Shown here piece by piece: positions 9,971-20,804 of a DNA stretch of 50,518 bases. How positions within the stretch are numbered: position 1 is the first letter of the stretch; each line of letters opens with the position of its first letter. The notes beneath the pieces are model-generated. The model made no database searches. It saw nothing but the letters and a program-made list of their open reading frames with translations, and was not told the DNA's origin. A program made the position numbers and the translations under genes. This stretch comes from Nemertoderma westbladi (Eukaryota; Animalia; Xenacoelomorpha): positions 1-50,518 of the forward strand of contig JAUCBJ010002204.1 of the NCBI GenBank assembly GCA_032718475.1, written 5' to 3'.

Positions 9971-10487
9971 TATTTGCGTTTTACGCTACTGTTAGAGGGA
10001 CATCACGCTACTATATGTATTATTTGTTATAAGGTAGAAGAGCAATATCGCACGAAGCAATGTCAGTGTGAAGAGGCAAGTCGTTTCCAAGGTCTACCCA
10101 GAGCTTGGTTTAGCCGAGACACGAGGATCTGAACTTTGCATTCCTAATACTCTGCCTACCAATAATACTTGAATATAGTAGTGGCTTTATTGTACTTTAA
10201 TAAGTACTGACATGTCATCTTACTATAGTCTCGCATTTATAATATAATACGGACAGTAAGGAAAGAGAAAAATAATTATTTCTTGCCGTCGCACTAAATA
10301 TATATTATAAGTAATTAAGTACGTAATAAACACTAATATATTGCACTAATTTACTAAATATTCTAAAATAACATTTTACTAAATAAAATTAAATAAAAAC
10401 GATTATAATAAAGTACATAATAACATTTACATATAAAATGTAATAAAATAGATATAATAATATAGACATACACCCACTCCAGACGTA

Positions 10488-13400
10488 CTACGTTGAGGAG
10501 CCCCTAGATGTTTGAGGAATTAGGGAGGTGGTCGTGGGAAGAGTTTCTTGCCTTCCATAGTTTCCGGAGAGTTCCCGGTCTCTTTCCAGCAAACATAAAC
10601 GACCAACTGGGCGATTGAGTTGTTGCGTCTCAAAGATTATGCCGGGTTTCTTGAAGTTACGCCGCATGACAACGAGTTCTACTGAGCGCACTAAACCATC
10701 CTCCGAGATGTGCGTCTTGATGATACGACCTGTCTGCCACCGTCTACGTGGAAGGTCCGGATCTACAATAAGCACCATGTCTCCGGCGCTGACATTTTCC
10801 TGCTGTGCAAACCACTTAGTTCGAAGTTGTAGTGTGGGCAGATAATGTTTCTCAAAATGGTCAGCGAAACGACGGGATAGCAACTGCATAAGCTGCCAAG
10901 TTCGACGGCAGTATTCATCCCCGTCGGCAATCTCGGATTGTGGGAGCATGGCTACAGGTTTCTTAAGTAGGAAGTGCGCGGGTGTTAGCGCTTCCAGGGA
11001 ATCGGGACTCGATGAGACTGGCATAAGCGGTCTCTTGTTAAGATAGGCAGCGATTTCCTCCATTAACGTCCGCAGAAGTTCGTCGGTGAGATATGCGCGG
11101 CACGGCACTATAAAGTGAAATGCGGTCTTGACACTTCGAATTAATCTCTCCCAACTTCCTCCCCACCAAGGGGCGTCGGCGGCGTTAAAGGTCCAGCTAG
11201 ACGCTGTTATCCGTAGCTGGTCGTCCACCTGTCTTTGATTCCAGTCCTTTACGTATGCCTGAATTTCGTTGTTGGCACCAATGAAGTTCGTTCCCTTATC
11301 AGATCTCATCGTGTTGCTAGTTCCGAAACGAGCGATCTGTCGTCGTAAACATAAGACGAAGCTATTAGTAGATAGATCGTTCACCATATCGAGATGGATA
11401 GCTCTACAAGTCATGCAGACAAAGATGACACACCATCTCTTGACTATAGTCCTAGCACGATACACTTCAATAGGGCCAAATAAATCCACACCAGTATTAG
11501 TAAAGGGTGGTTCATAAAAGCTTACTCGTTCCCTAGGTAATTCTGCCTCTCGCTGGGTTAAAGGCCTACTGAATGCTTTCCTACAAGGTATGCAGTTCCT
11601 AAGAACTTGGTTCAGAGCTCTACGTGGTTTATAAAAATAATAGCGAGTTCGAATTTCGCTAAGAACTCGTTCTCTACCAGCATGATACAGTTTACTGTGA
11701 ACATCTACAATCATCTTGATTTGTACTTCAAGATTTCTAATGAGTATAGGGAATTTAGTGTCAAAGGATAATGGGGCGTTGGTAAGCCTTCCTCCAACAC
11801 GTATTAACCCATCTATCATTGTGCTAGAGAAGCGATCCCTTAAGCGCATCTGCGGATTTCTCAACAACAGGAAATACTTATCGGAATCCTCATAGCATTG
11901 CAGGAGTCTCAGTATCTGCTTATTAGTTTCTTCATGCTCCTGGTGGCTGATCTTCTCCTTTAGAAACCGGTCTGATATCTTGTACTTAGGTAGATCTTTA
12001 ATAACATGAACTTGCGCAGATGTCACTGGAGCAGTATCACTAGTGGTCTGCGTCCTGGAGTAGTGATGGTGAAAACATTTCTTTAAGTATGTGACGGCTT
12101 TACAGAGCCGATTCCAGGAACTGTAATGATGCAGTGCTCTCTGCAGCAGGGGTGAGATTCCTTGCGAGACGTCTGGTATCCCAGATTTCCAATCTCTGTC
12201 TCTAATTTCCACAACAGACTTATTTGTGGCGAGGGATTGTGGATCCGAAGTATCGTTTTCGGAAGTATGTAATACAGATAGATCGATTGTCGGTTTAAAT
12301 AACTTCGATTTACTTGTCCGAGTTTTGGGCTTGACTTTCTCCACTCCCTTGGCTTGTCTAATCTCAGCCGTAGTAAGGTGAGGAGGCCATTCATCCTCTT
12401 CCTTGCTCAGGAAGTCGGGTCCACCCAACCAGTCAGGAGTATATATCAGTTCCTGTGGAGTTGCTCCCCTGGAGGCGATGTCAGCTGGGTTAATCGTACC
12501 AGGGCAATGTCTCCATTGATCTATCGTTGTGCGACTAAGAATAATGGCCACTCTGTTAGTAACAAAGACGCTGAACTGACAGACTTCATTCATTATATAC
12601 TCCAACACAAGTAAAGCGTCGGTCCAATAAACAGTTTTCTCCAGTGGATAATCGATCTGTTCTGTTACATTCCGGCCGATAGCTGTAGCATATAAAGCTG
12701 CTTTTAACTCCGCCCGAGGAACCTTCAGCTTGTTGTTAATCAATGCCTTAGAGGTAACCAAGGCAACTTTGATTCCATCCGGAGTTTCGACTCGCAGGTA
12801 TGCTACTATACCTATTCCCATATCGCTGGCATCTCCGAATACATGGAGTTGATAGGAATACGTAGGGAGAACATGACCAAAATATGAACGGGAAATTATA
12901 AAGTTCTCGATGGCAGGTAGCGAGTCCTCCCATTTCATCCATTTCTTTAATAGTTCTCCCTTGTGTGGATCGTCCCACGAGTGGTTTTCAAGCCACATTT
13001 GTTGTACTAAACTCCGAGCAATCAATATAACTGGGCTAATAAATCCCAAGGGATCGAAATAAGTGCTCAGAATACTTAAACAAATCCGTTTGGTCCGAAC
13101 TGGATTATCTCGCTGTTTTAGCTGAAAAAACAGGATATCTCTTTCTGTGTCCCACTTCAAGCCAAGCGTCTTGGTTTCCGGAAGATCGTCGTGTATTAAG
13201 TCGAGGTCTTTTGATCCCCGGTCTTCTACAGATATTGCTTCCAGAAACTCACGGGAGTTGCTGGTGAACTTCGTCAATCGAAATCCACCTCTTTTCAAAC
13301 ACTCAACCGTTCCTTTCGCGACATCAATGGCTTCTTTTACTGATGGAAGGGACTTTAAATTGTCGTCCATGTATATGTCTCGTTTGATGTTATCTATCAC

Positions 13401-13880
13401 CTCTTTTGAGAAGGCGTCCCGGTTGTCATCCGCAGTGGTCCGCACCACTGAGCAGGCGTTTGAAGGGCTTGATATAATCCCAAAAGCCTGGATGGTCATC
13501 CAGTACTCTACCGGTTTCTGGTTGAGATCTCCTTCAGGCCACCACAGGAATCTTAGGCTGTCTCTATCACGATCCAACGCCTTGACTTGTGAGAACATTC
13601 CTTCTATATCGGAGGCGAACGCGATGGAATATTGTCTTAATCTTAAAAGTATTCCCAACAAAGATTGGAGCAAGTTGGGTCCTGGTAACAACTCGGAATT
13701 GAGGGATTGGCCCATATATAGGGCTGAGCCATCAAATACGACCCGTACTTCATGGGGTTTACCGGGTTTGGGAACATAATGATGTGTTAGATAATAAGTT
13801 CTTTCAGTTATTGGAGTTCCTTCCGGTACTCGCTCCGCATATCCCTTTGTGATAAATTTCTTCAACTGAGTTTGGTACAT
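10488..13880 (-). CDS. pol: Bel/Pao Pol (RT, RNase H, integrase), 1130 aa; the frame stays open up to 13910
   Basis: RVVFDGS, LLPGPNL, DIEGMF, YMDD (RT); FGDAS, PRAEL, WTDA, NPADIASRG (Pao RNase H); H..H..C..C, GVDLFGP, SDKGTNF, GGSWER (integrase). Confidence 0.96.
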   Translation of the reverse strand: MYQTQLKKFITKGYAERVPEGTPITERTYYLTHHYVPKPGKPHEVRVVFDGSALYMGQSLNSELLPGPNLLQSLLGILLRLRQYSIAFASDIEGMFSQVKALDRDRDSLRFLWWPEGDLNQKPVEYWMTIQAFGIISSPSNACSVVRTTADDNRDAFSKEVIDNIKRDIYMDDNLKSLPSVKEAIDVAKGTVECLKRGGFRLTKFTSNSREFLEAISVEDRGSKDLDLIHDDLPETKTLGLKWDTERDILFFQLKQRDNPVRTKRICLSILSTYFDPLGFISPVILIARSLVQQMWLENHSWDDPHKGELLKKWMKWEDSLPAIENFIISRSYFGHVLPTYSYQLHVFGDASDMGIGIVAYLRVETPDGIKVALVTSKALINNKLKVPRAELKAALYATAIGRNVTEQIDYPLEKTVYWTDALLVLEYIMNEVCQFSVFVTNRVAIILSRTTIDQWRHCPGTINPADIASRGATPQELIYTPDWLGGPDFLSKEEDEWPPHLTTAEIRQAKGVEKVKPKTRTSKSKLFKPTIDLSVLHTSENDTSDPQSLATNKSVVEIRDRDWKSGIPDVSQGISPLLQRALHHYSSWNRLCKAVTYLKKCFHHHYSRTQTTSDTAPVTSAQVHVIKDLPKYKISDRFLKEKISHQEHEETNKQILRLLQCYEDSDKYFLLLRNPQMRLRDRFSSTMIDGLIRVGGRLTNAPLSFDTKFPILIRNLEVQIKMIVDVHSKLYHAGRERVLSEIRTRYYFYKPRRALNQVLRNCIPCRKAFSRPLTQREAELPRERVSFYEPPFTNTGVDLFGPIEVYRARTIVKRWCVIFVCMTCRAIHLDMVNDLSTNSFVLCLRRQIARFGTSNTMRSDKGTNFIGANNEIQAYVKDWNQRQVDDQLRITASSWTFNAADAPWWGGSWERLIRSVKTAFHFIVPCRAYLTDELLRTLMEEIAAYLNKRPLMPVSSSPDSLEALTPAHFLLKKPVAMLPQSEIADGDEYCRRTWQLMQLLSRRFADHFEKHYLPTLQLRTKWFAQQENVSAGDMVLIVDPDLPRRRWQTGRIIKTHISEDGLVRSVELVVMRRNFKKPGIIFETQQLNRPVGRLCLLERDRELSGNYGRQETLPTTTSLIPQTSRGSST

Positions 13881-13910
13881 TTCCTTAGCTGAAGCATTTG
13901 CCGTAAGACG

Positions 13911-16900
13911 TCAATGTAATTGATTGATTCTTTTCTCAGCTAAGGGTCTGTTATTTATAAATCTAGGTTCCCGTTTTCGAAATGGTAGTCCGATTTCATA
14001 TCTACCTTGATCTTTTAAAAAACGTGTGGTTGTTTCCTGGATTTGCTTGGCTCTTTCTTCTTCTATCGACAGGGCTTTGTCGTATGAATTGGGTTCTACC
14101 AATTCTTGGGTAAAGAATCGTACGGCGAGTTCGTCCCGAGTTCTAGCGTTGTAGCGCTCTACCTCGTCATTAAGTTCGTCATTATAAACAATGGATTCCG
14201 TTGGGCGAATCAGTTGACATAGGTTCGCTTGGTTTTTCCAAGTTTGATTCTCTGTAAGTAGGTCAATTGCGTTCTCTTCTTCGAAGAGTTGGTAGATGTC
14301 GTCGTTATCTGAGGAGTATGGTGTTCCCTCAGTTAGTTCGTCCACTTCACTGCTCTCCACTTCCAAACCATTTATCTGGCATATTCTTTCTGGTGGTAGT
14401 CTCTCTTCGAGAGTTCTGCGGGAAGGGCCAGTAAAGTACCAACCTACTCTAGTTCTTACCGCATAGGTTTGTAGTGGCTGCGGTTGAGCAGGTCGTTTCT
14501 CCAATGTCTCGAGCGCCTCGTGAGCGTTTTGGCCGATAAGTATTTGCACTCCAGGATAATCTGTCTGGAATCGAGGTATTTTAAGTTGTTGGATGCTCTC
14601 GTCCTCGTCCCAGTTATAAGGCTCTACTTGGGTATTAGCGAAGTTCTTTATAGCTACCATTTTTACTGACCTTATACTTTGTTCTCCTAATTTATCCTGG
14701 GGAGTAGACAATGCACCAACATAGTAATCGGCCGTGATGGTAGATTTCCAAACTTGCATAATTCTGGACATATTCAACTTAGTGCGGAATTTGGGTTGTC
14801 CAGCAAAGATGTCTACGGCTAATTCTTGATCGATGAATGTTCCTGTGCTGCCTGAATCGAGTAGGGCGTTCACTATGTAACTTTTGTTGAGACCATGAAC
14901 TCTTACTTGCACTACAGGAAATTCTCTTATTCCTATGTTGGAAGTTGGAACTTTCCAAGATGGTTGTTTGTCAAAGGTAGTTGGAGTAAACTCGTCAGTG
15001 TCTTTTTCATACGTAAGTGCTCGATAAACTGTGGTATTTATTAGATAACAGGATTCGTTGGCATCGGAGAATTCGTCTGTATAGAATCCTTCCCACTCAG
15101 AACCTTGGTCAGTGTCGTTCACATCACTGAACTGGACATGTAATTCGGGCTCACTTACCTGACTCGGGTGGTTTCGTTCGAATTCGCTATGTAACAAGAC
15201 GTGATGTTTCGTACCGCACTTTGCACACTTTATGTCGGAGTAACAGGTTCGCCGTTGGTGTCCTGGTCTGAGGCAATTATAGCATAACCGCTTATCCCAC
15301 ACGACTTCTCGTCTGGCTACTAGGGATTTCTTTAGGAATTCAGCACACGCACTCAAACGGTGGGGCCCGTCGCACAGCACACAGTTTGGTTTAATGTTAC
15401 TCACTTTACCTTGGGTAACGTTATGCACTCTCGTTCTTTCTTCGGGCTTTCTTCCGTGTACTCTGTTAGGAGACTGAGGAGGAGTCTTAGCAACCTGTTC
15501 TCTCCTGTCATGGGTTCGAGCTTTAGATTTACTTACGTCCTTTGAGGTCTTGTTAATATAGTAAAATTTCTCGGTGTCTTTCCCTCTGTCTTCTTCTTGA
15601 GAAGCTTGGCTTTCGCCGTCATCAGTATAACACACAGGTGTTACTCTTCTCCTAGAAACGGGTTTCTCACTCACCTTATTTTCCGATGTTTTCTCTCTGG
15701 ACTGCTTGATGAGTTGTAGCTTTACTTCACCATCTAAGAAGGACATGAGATCAGCCATGGTGGGGCTTCGTCGTTGCTGCTCATTCATATACAATACCTT
15801 CTTATCCCAGTGAGTACATACTCCACCCTTTGGCAAAGTAGAGACTATGGCTCCAATAACCATAGAACTCTGATATTCATGAGACTTACCTAACCAATCC
15901 AATTGTCGGCAGATCTCTTGAATCTCATCGGAAAACTCTATAATCTCGTTACTGAGGAACTTTCGGGGGGCTACTAGTTTTGCATAGAAATACTTAGCTA
16001 TGTTATCCTTATTACCATACCTGGTGTTTAATGTATCCCAAACTTGTCTTAATCCATTCGGATGTCCAATAAACTTCAACGCCATTAACTTGGGAGGTCC
16101 TTCCAAACATTTGATGAGGAATCTCAGTTTCTCTCCGCTAGATAGTACAGAGTTCTGTATGCTATCTTCGTAATATTCATTAAACGGTAACCATTTCATC
16201 TCATCTCCATTGAATTTGACGATTTCTCCCACTTTAACCGCCTGGCGGGCTTCTGTTCTAGCCATCTGACGCGTAAAGCTTTCTTGGGCCATCGTATTAT
16301 TTAATATCGAATTATCGGTATATGAACTTCTCGGATTATTATCAGGTCTATAGGGAATATCATTAACAACAGGTTTATAATCACCATTAATAGGGTTTGC
16401 TATAGGAGTTTCTACTTCACTAGCAGTATAGATGCGTGTAGGCTCCACACCTTGCGCATGTAATACTTCAGACCTAACAGGCTGACACACTGTTACAGGG
16501 GTTATTGGTATTCCCTTTTGTATGTTGACTAATTTGTCGCGTTCCAACGCGATACTTTGCTGCACTTCTTGCAGTTCTATCCTACTTTCCCTTACTGTTC
16601 CCTTAAGTTGGTGGACAGTCCCTTCTAAATCTCGGATCTGCTGTGAGGAACATTCTCTGTGTTCTCTCAGCTGCCCGAGCAAGAGACCCTTCTCCCGCCG
16701 TCCCTCATCAACCCACTCGACCGCCGAAGCGGGAGTCGCCAACATAGTAGCGGGCCGACACGAAACGACGGGAGACAAATCTTGGATTTCTCTCTCGGCC
16801 TCAAGAACTGGGGCATTCTCATGGACTGTTCTACCGGGTACAGGCAGTGTAGTACTGTGTAAAGGGAATTTAGAGCTAGGCTCTGGAAGTACAGGGGTCT

Positions 16901-18650
16901 CTAGCACAGGAGTGGCTTTGGGAACGACAGGCCTAATTATTTCAGGCTCATCAACTATTGTAGGGAGTCTTTTGACCTTAATAATTTGGTCTGTGGGTTC
17001 TGTACTACCTACAGCTGTACTAGTTAATTGTCTTCTAACAGCAGGGGGCAAATCGGGCAATTTATGACGGTGAGATGTCTTTCTACGCCTACTGAGACGA
17101 TATCTATTTCCTCCGCCTTCAGGATCGGTGGTATCTCCCTCCTCCGATGATGTATAACCTTGGCGTTTGGAATTAGATTGATTCATCATCTGCATTCGAT
17201 TGTCAGTCAACTGTTTATTTATGTGATCTTGACTTTCCTGAATATTTTCCAATGCTAGCTGGGCGATCTCGTCAGACGCTCTCCTTTCTGCTTCTGCCAA
17301 TTTTCTTTCTGCCTCTGCTGCTGCAGCCTTTCTTTCTGCCTCTGCCGCTGCAGCCTTTCTTTCTGCCTCTGCCTCTGCCGCTGCAGCCTTTCTTTCTGCC
17401 TCTGCCGCTGCAGCCTTTCTTTCTGCCTCTGCCTCTGCTGCCTTTCTTTCTGCTTCTGCCGCTGCCACTGCTGCTGCTTTTCGATCCTCTATCTGTTTTT
17501 TCTTGACTTGTTCTTCCTGGGCTCTGGCGATGCGGAGTTGTTCATCAAATTTAGCTTGGTTTGCAGCTAACATTTCAGTATCGATTGCGTCCAACACATG
17601 CTTGGTTCCTTCACTATTAGGGGAAAGTCCAACCAGTCGTCTCCTCAACTCTTCATCACCCAAGAAACGTTGATAGTCTGACAGATAGATGTCGATGGCG
17701 TCTCTCTTTCGCGGTCTTTCTGCTGTCGCTTCGCCTTCCGTTTGAGAAAAGATGGCATCGGTTGATTCGTCATAGGTTGGTCGCTCAGCCAGCTGGGATT
17801 TCCACTGGGCTGTTTCTTGAACTTTAAGACCTACCCGTTGGAGCCATGTCTTGACAGCAACTTGCAGCGACGTGTCCTGTCTTCTTTTAGAAGTTTCCTC
17901 AAAGGCTGATAGGATTAGTCTAATGCGCAGTGTTCTTTCGCGTACTTGATAAAGCAGCTCTTCCTGCTCTTGAGGTCCTTTGGGTTGTCGAAACAGTTGT
18001 TCTTCTAATCGTTCTAAGGAGCCGAAGAACCCCTGCACATATCCTGCTGCCGACCTCTTCCAAACAGCTGGATCCATTGTATCTTTAGTCACTCCTATCC
18101 TGTGTATGTCTTCCCAAGTAGCTTCGGACAAATCTAACGGGAGTCCGGGTCCGGGAAAGTTCCATTGGGACTCGACAATAGACATCAATTCTTCCCTGGC
18201 GTATCCCGCATAACTATCTTGGGTCGCTTGCTTATTTCTCGCCCAATCAACTTGGTGTTCCTCCACCGCAATAAATATAGTTGTTAATACCGCGGCAGGA
18301 AGGGTGAGAAGGGGATCTGAGTAGGCTGTAGCCGCCATCTGTACTCCGCGTTCGGGGTTCAGCTCTACAGTATCCGAACTACTGGAGCTATCGGGTCGCT
18401 GGGAACAAGTTTCTTGACTAGGATCTTGCTGCTGTTGGACAGCTGCTTCTTGGTTCCGTTTGACCTGGGCCCGAGTGCCTATGACAGACCTATGGTGGAT
18501 TAGCCTAGGGTCTGATACTACTGGAGGAGTGACCTTTCTTTTAGTAGGAGGTGAACTGAACTCTTTTCTTACTTGTTCCACACTCCTATCCTTGTCACAG
18601 ATGGTTGTATCGATTAAACTGTCTGACAGGTTTTGCTTTGTGTCAGACAT
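13911..18650 (-). CDS. gag: Bel/Pao Gag-protease part of the polyprotein (1579 aa), ending at an in-frame TGA
   Basis: KFNGDEMKWLPF...EKLRFL..CL.G capsid-like region; triple knuckle CVLCDGPH..C / CYNCLRPGH...C / CAKCGTKHHVLLH; aspartic protease ALLDSGST; GRYEIGLPF linker. Confidence 0.93.
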   Translation of the reverse strand: MSDTKQNLSDSLIDTTICDKDRSVEQVRKEFSSPPTKRKVTPPVVSDPRLIHHRSVIGTRAQVKRNQEAAVQQQQDPSQETCSQRPDSSSSSDTVELNPERGVQMAATAYSDPLLTLPAAVLTTIFIAVEEHQVDWARNKQATQDSYAGYAREELMSIVESQWNFPGPGLPLDLSEATWEDIHRIGVTKDTMDPAVWKRSAAGYVQGFFGSLERLEEQLFRQPKGPQEQEELLYQVRERTLRIRLILSAFEETSKRRQDTSLQVAVKTWLQRVGLKVQETAQWKSQLAERPTYDESTDAIFSQTEGEATAERPRKRDAIDIYLSDYQRFLGDEELRRRLVGLSPNSEGTKHVLDAIDTEMLAANQAKFDEQLRIARAQEEQVKKKQIEDRKAAAVAAAEAERKAAEAEAERKAAAAEAERKAAAAEAEAERKAAAAEAERKAAAAEAERKLAEAERRASDEIAQLALENIQESQDHINKQLTDNRMQMMNQSNSKRQGYTSSEEGDTTDPEGGGNRYRLSRRRKTSHRHKLPDLPPAVRRQLTSTAVGSTEPTDQIIKVKRLPTIVDEPEIIRPVVPKATPVLETPVLPEPSSKFPLHSTTLPVPGRTVHENAPVLEAEREIQDLSPVVSCRPATMLATPASAVEWVDEGRREKGLLLGQLREHRECSSQQIRDLEGTVHQLKGTVRESRIELQEVQQSIALERDKLVNIQKGIPITPVTVCQPVRSEVLHAQGVEPTRIYTASEVETPIANPINGDYKPVVNDIPYRPDNNPRSSYTDNSILNNTMAQESFTRQMARTEARQAVKVGEIVKFNGDEMKWLPFNEYYEDSIQNSVLSSGEKLRFLIKCLEGPPKLMALKFIGHPNGLRQVWDTLNTRYGNKDNIAKYFYAKLVAPRKFLSNEIIEFSDEIQEICRQLDWLGKSHEYQSSMVIGAIVSTLPKGGVCTHWDKKVLYMNEQQRRSPTMADLMSFLDGEVKLQLIKQSREKTSENKVSEKPVSRRRVTPVCYTDDGESQASQEEDRGKDTEKFYYINKTSKDVSKSKARTHDRREQVAKTPPQSPNRVHGRKPEERTRVHNVTQGKVSNIKPNCVLCDGPHRLSACAEFLKKSLVARREVVWDKRLCYNCLRPGHQRRTCYSDIKCAKCGTKHHVLLHSEFERNHPSQVSEPELHVQFSDVNDTDQGSEWEGFYTDEFSDANESCYLINTTVYRALTYEKDTDEFTPTTFDKQPSWKVPTSNIGIREFPVVQVRVHGLNKSYIVNALLDSGSTGTFIDQELAVDIFAGQPKFRTKLNMSRIMQVWKSTITADYYVGALSTPQDKLGEQSIRSVKMVAIKNFANTQVEPYNWDEDESIQQLKIPRFQTDYPGVQILIGQNAHEALETLEKRPAQPQPLQTYAVRTRVGWYFTGPSRRTLEERLPPERICQINGLEVESSEVDELTEGTPYSSDNDDIYQLFEEENAIDLLTENQTWKNQANLCQLIRPTESIVYNDELNDEVERYNARTRDELAVRFFTQELVEPNSYDKALSIEEERAKQIQETTTRFLKDQGRYEIGLPFRKREPRFINNRPLAEKRINQLH
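17280..17480 (-). repeat. Coding tandem repeat (AEAERKAAA)n in the Gag N-terminal extension
   Basis: Repeated TCTGCCGCTGCAGCCTTTCTTTCTGCC units of 24-30 bp that keep the frame. Confidence 0.9.
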
Positions 18651-18762
18651 ACTTAGCTACCTGGTATACAGTTGAATGCTTACTGCTATAGTTACAGTTA
18701 AAGCAAGTGTAGTAATTCAGTATAACCGTTGCCTAGTACCGGTAATTTATTATAGTATATTA

Positions 18763-19010
18763 GAATACCGGTATACACTTATAATATATATAAGTATTGT
18801 GGACTAGGTTTGTCTCAGAATACCGGTATATAATTTTAGTACAAATATATAAATATATAATAAGCCTATTGTGAATACCGGTATGCAGCTTACACTTATA
18901 GTATATATATAAGTATAATTATGAACTAAAATTAATTACAGAATACCGGTATGATTTCAGCCCAAATTTATAGAAATAAAGATAATAGGCCTATCGTAAA
19001 TACCGGTATA
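18763..19010. repeat. Degenerate tandem repeat with AATACCGGTAT cores in the 5' leader
   Basis: Five AATACCGGTAT cores spaced 53-69 bp apart, with a higher-order unit of about 110-125 bp. Confidence 0.75.
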
Positions 19011-20006
19011 TCAATTATTTAATAATTGAATTTCTGAAATTATAGGGTTACTTAGTTACTTTAGCTTACTTTATTACCGTTATTTAAGCAGTAGTCCAAC
19101 TGATATTGAGGCCTAGTTGTTGTAAGGCAGGCCTACTATTTATAAATCTTTGAGTTGATTTATAATATATATATACCCGTTTAAATGGGTTTTGTCAATG
19201 TTTGAAATAAATGTTATTATTTCTGGGGGAGTCACTACACAGAAGCTGGGCGCTCTCAGTGAAGTGCTACTTATTGGACACTAAAACAGATAATTCTACT
19301 TCCTAAGTTACTTATCACTACTAATTACTTACGATACGGGGTGAGATTAATTCTCTAATTAAACACAACAAAATATTACGTACGAAATTTTAGGGTAATT
19401 TTACAGGGAAACTATAAACCAGTCTAACAAAGGGTTAGAACTTGTGGTTATTACAGCAGACAGGATACTACGGTATTTGAAAACAATAAGTAGTAGTAAA
19501 TATATTGCGCTGTCCAGATAGGAAAATACCACCGCCTGACGACCTATAGCCGTATCGCTATAGGTACTACGTTATGTATCACGGAGTGTTCCTACCTAGA
19601 AGTTAACAGAGCTAACGAATGTGCCTATCAACCACTTTACAACACAAAATAATGCCTACACTAATTACTCTCGGAAAGCACTGTACACTAAACCCTAAAT
19701 TAGGTACAAGTACTTATTTAAGACAGATAACTAGCAGTTAAATATACTTGAACAGTTAAAAGAACCACGGCATCTGCTGGAGTGACTGGAGCACAAAATC
19801 ACCAGTCTTTACCTACGCCAAGCAGCCCGTGTAGTACTGGGGTTAATTTAACTATAACGGTATGTGTAACAAGCACAATTACTGTAGGAATAAACTTGGG
19901 GACATGAATGTTGCGAATAATCGCATAAACTCTGAATAATAAATATTACGCTACCCGTACAGAATACTCAAACAGAATACAAACCAAACGCTGTCAGACC
20001 ACTACT

Positions 20007-20500
20007 AAGCCTAAATAAACTACAGTATGTGCAGATTCTGAAACTGTTAGTTAGTATGCGTGCTAATACGGTAGTACGACTTATTCTTTAAGAGGGGATT
20101 GACCTTACAGCTATGGCTGCCCCAACTTACTAACTGGCACCTTATCAGACTTACTCTACACACGCAGCAATCTCTTCAGACCCAATAATAGCTAGACAAC
20201 AATCCAGCCTACAAAATATCTGAGTAATAACTATTACGGTACCTGAACAGACTACACAAACAAACACAGGCCAAAAGCTGGCAGAATACTGTCAAGCCTA
20301 AATAAATTACAGTATGTGCAGATTCCAAAACGGTTAGTTAGTATGCGTGCTAATACGGTAGTACGACTTATTCTTTAAGAGGGGATTGACCTTATAGCTA
20401 TGGCTGCCCCAACTTACTAACTGGCACTTTATCAGACAAACTCTACACACTCCGTAATCTCTCCAGACTCAACAACAGTCCGACAACAGTCTGACCTACC
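20007..20500. repeat. ~205-bp direct repeat (period 287 bp) in the 5' leader
   Basis: AAGCCTAAATAAA..ACAGTATGTGCAGATTC...GCTGCCCCAACTTACTAACTGGCAC at 20007 and 20294. Confidence 0.9.
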
Positions 20501-20804
20501 AATTGTCTGTATAGACTGAGCAAGCTTACACGCCTTCTGCTCAATACTGGCCTACAAATAAATAAAACTGACAGAAATAAGTAAGCTCCAAAAGAAACAA
20601 GGGGTGTACAGTCCCTAATCTCTTAAACAGCCTACCGGTATGCAATAATCAAAATCGAATAATACTAAATGTACTTGTACAGCAGTACCGGTACCGGTTA
20701 TGACAGTTGGGCCTACTGACCTACAGAAGTACCGGTTCAGGTTTACCGGTCGACCGGTACTTTGCAACCTTATTGCTTACTGCAATAAGATCGTTAACTG
20801 TTAC

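Noticed and set aside
8059-13913. Alternative genetic code (TGA as sense) to explain the two in-frame TGAs
   Set aside because: Trp is encoded by TGG at conserved sites, only two internal TGAs occur in about 12 kb of coding sequence, and neither position looks like a conserved Trp or Cys.
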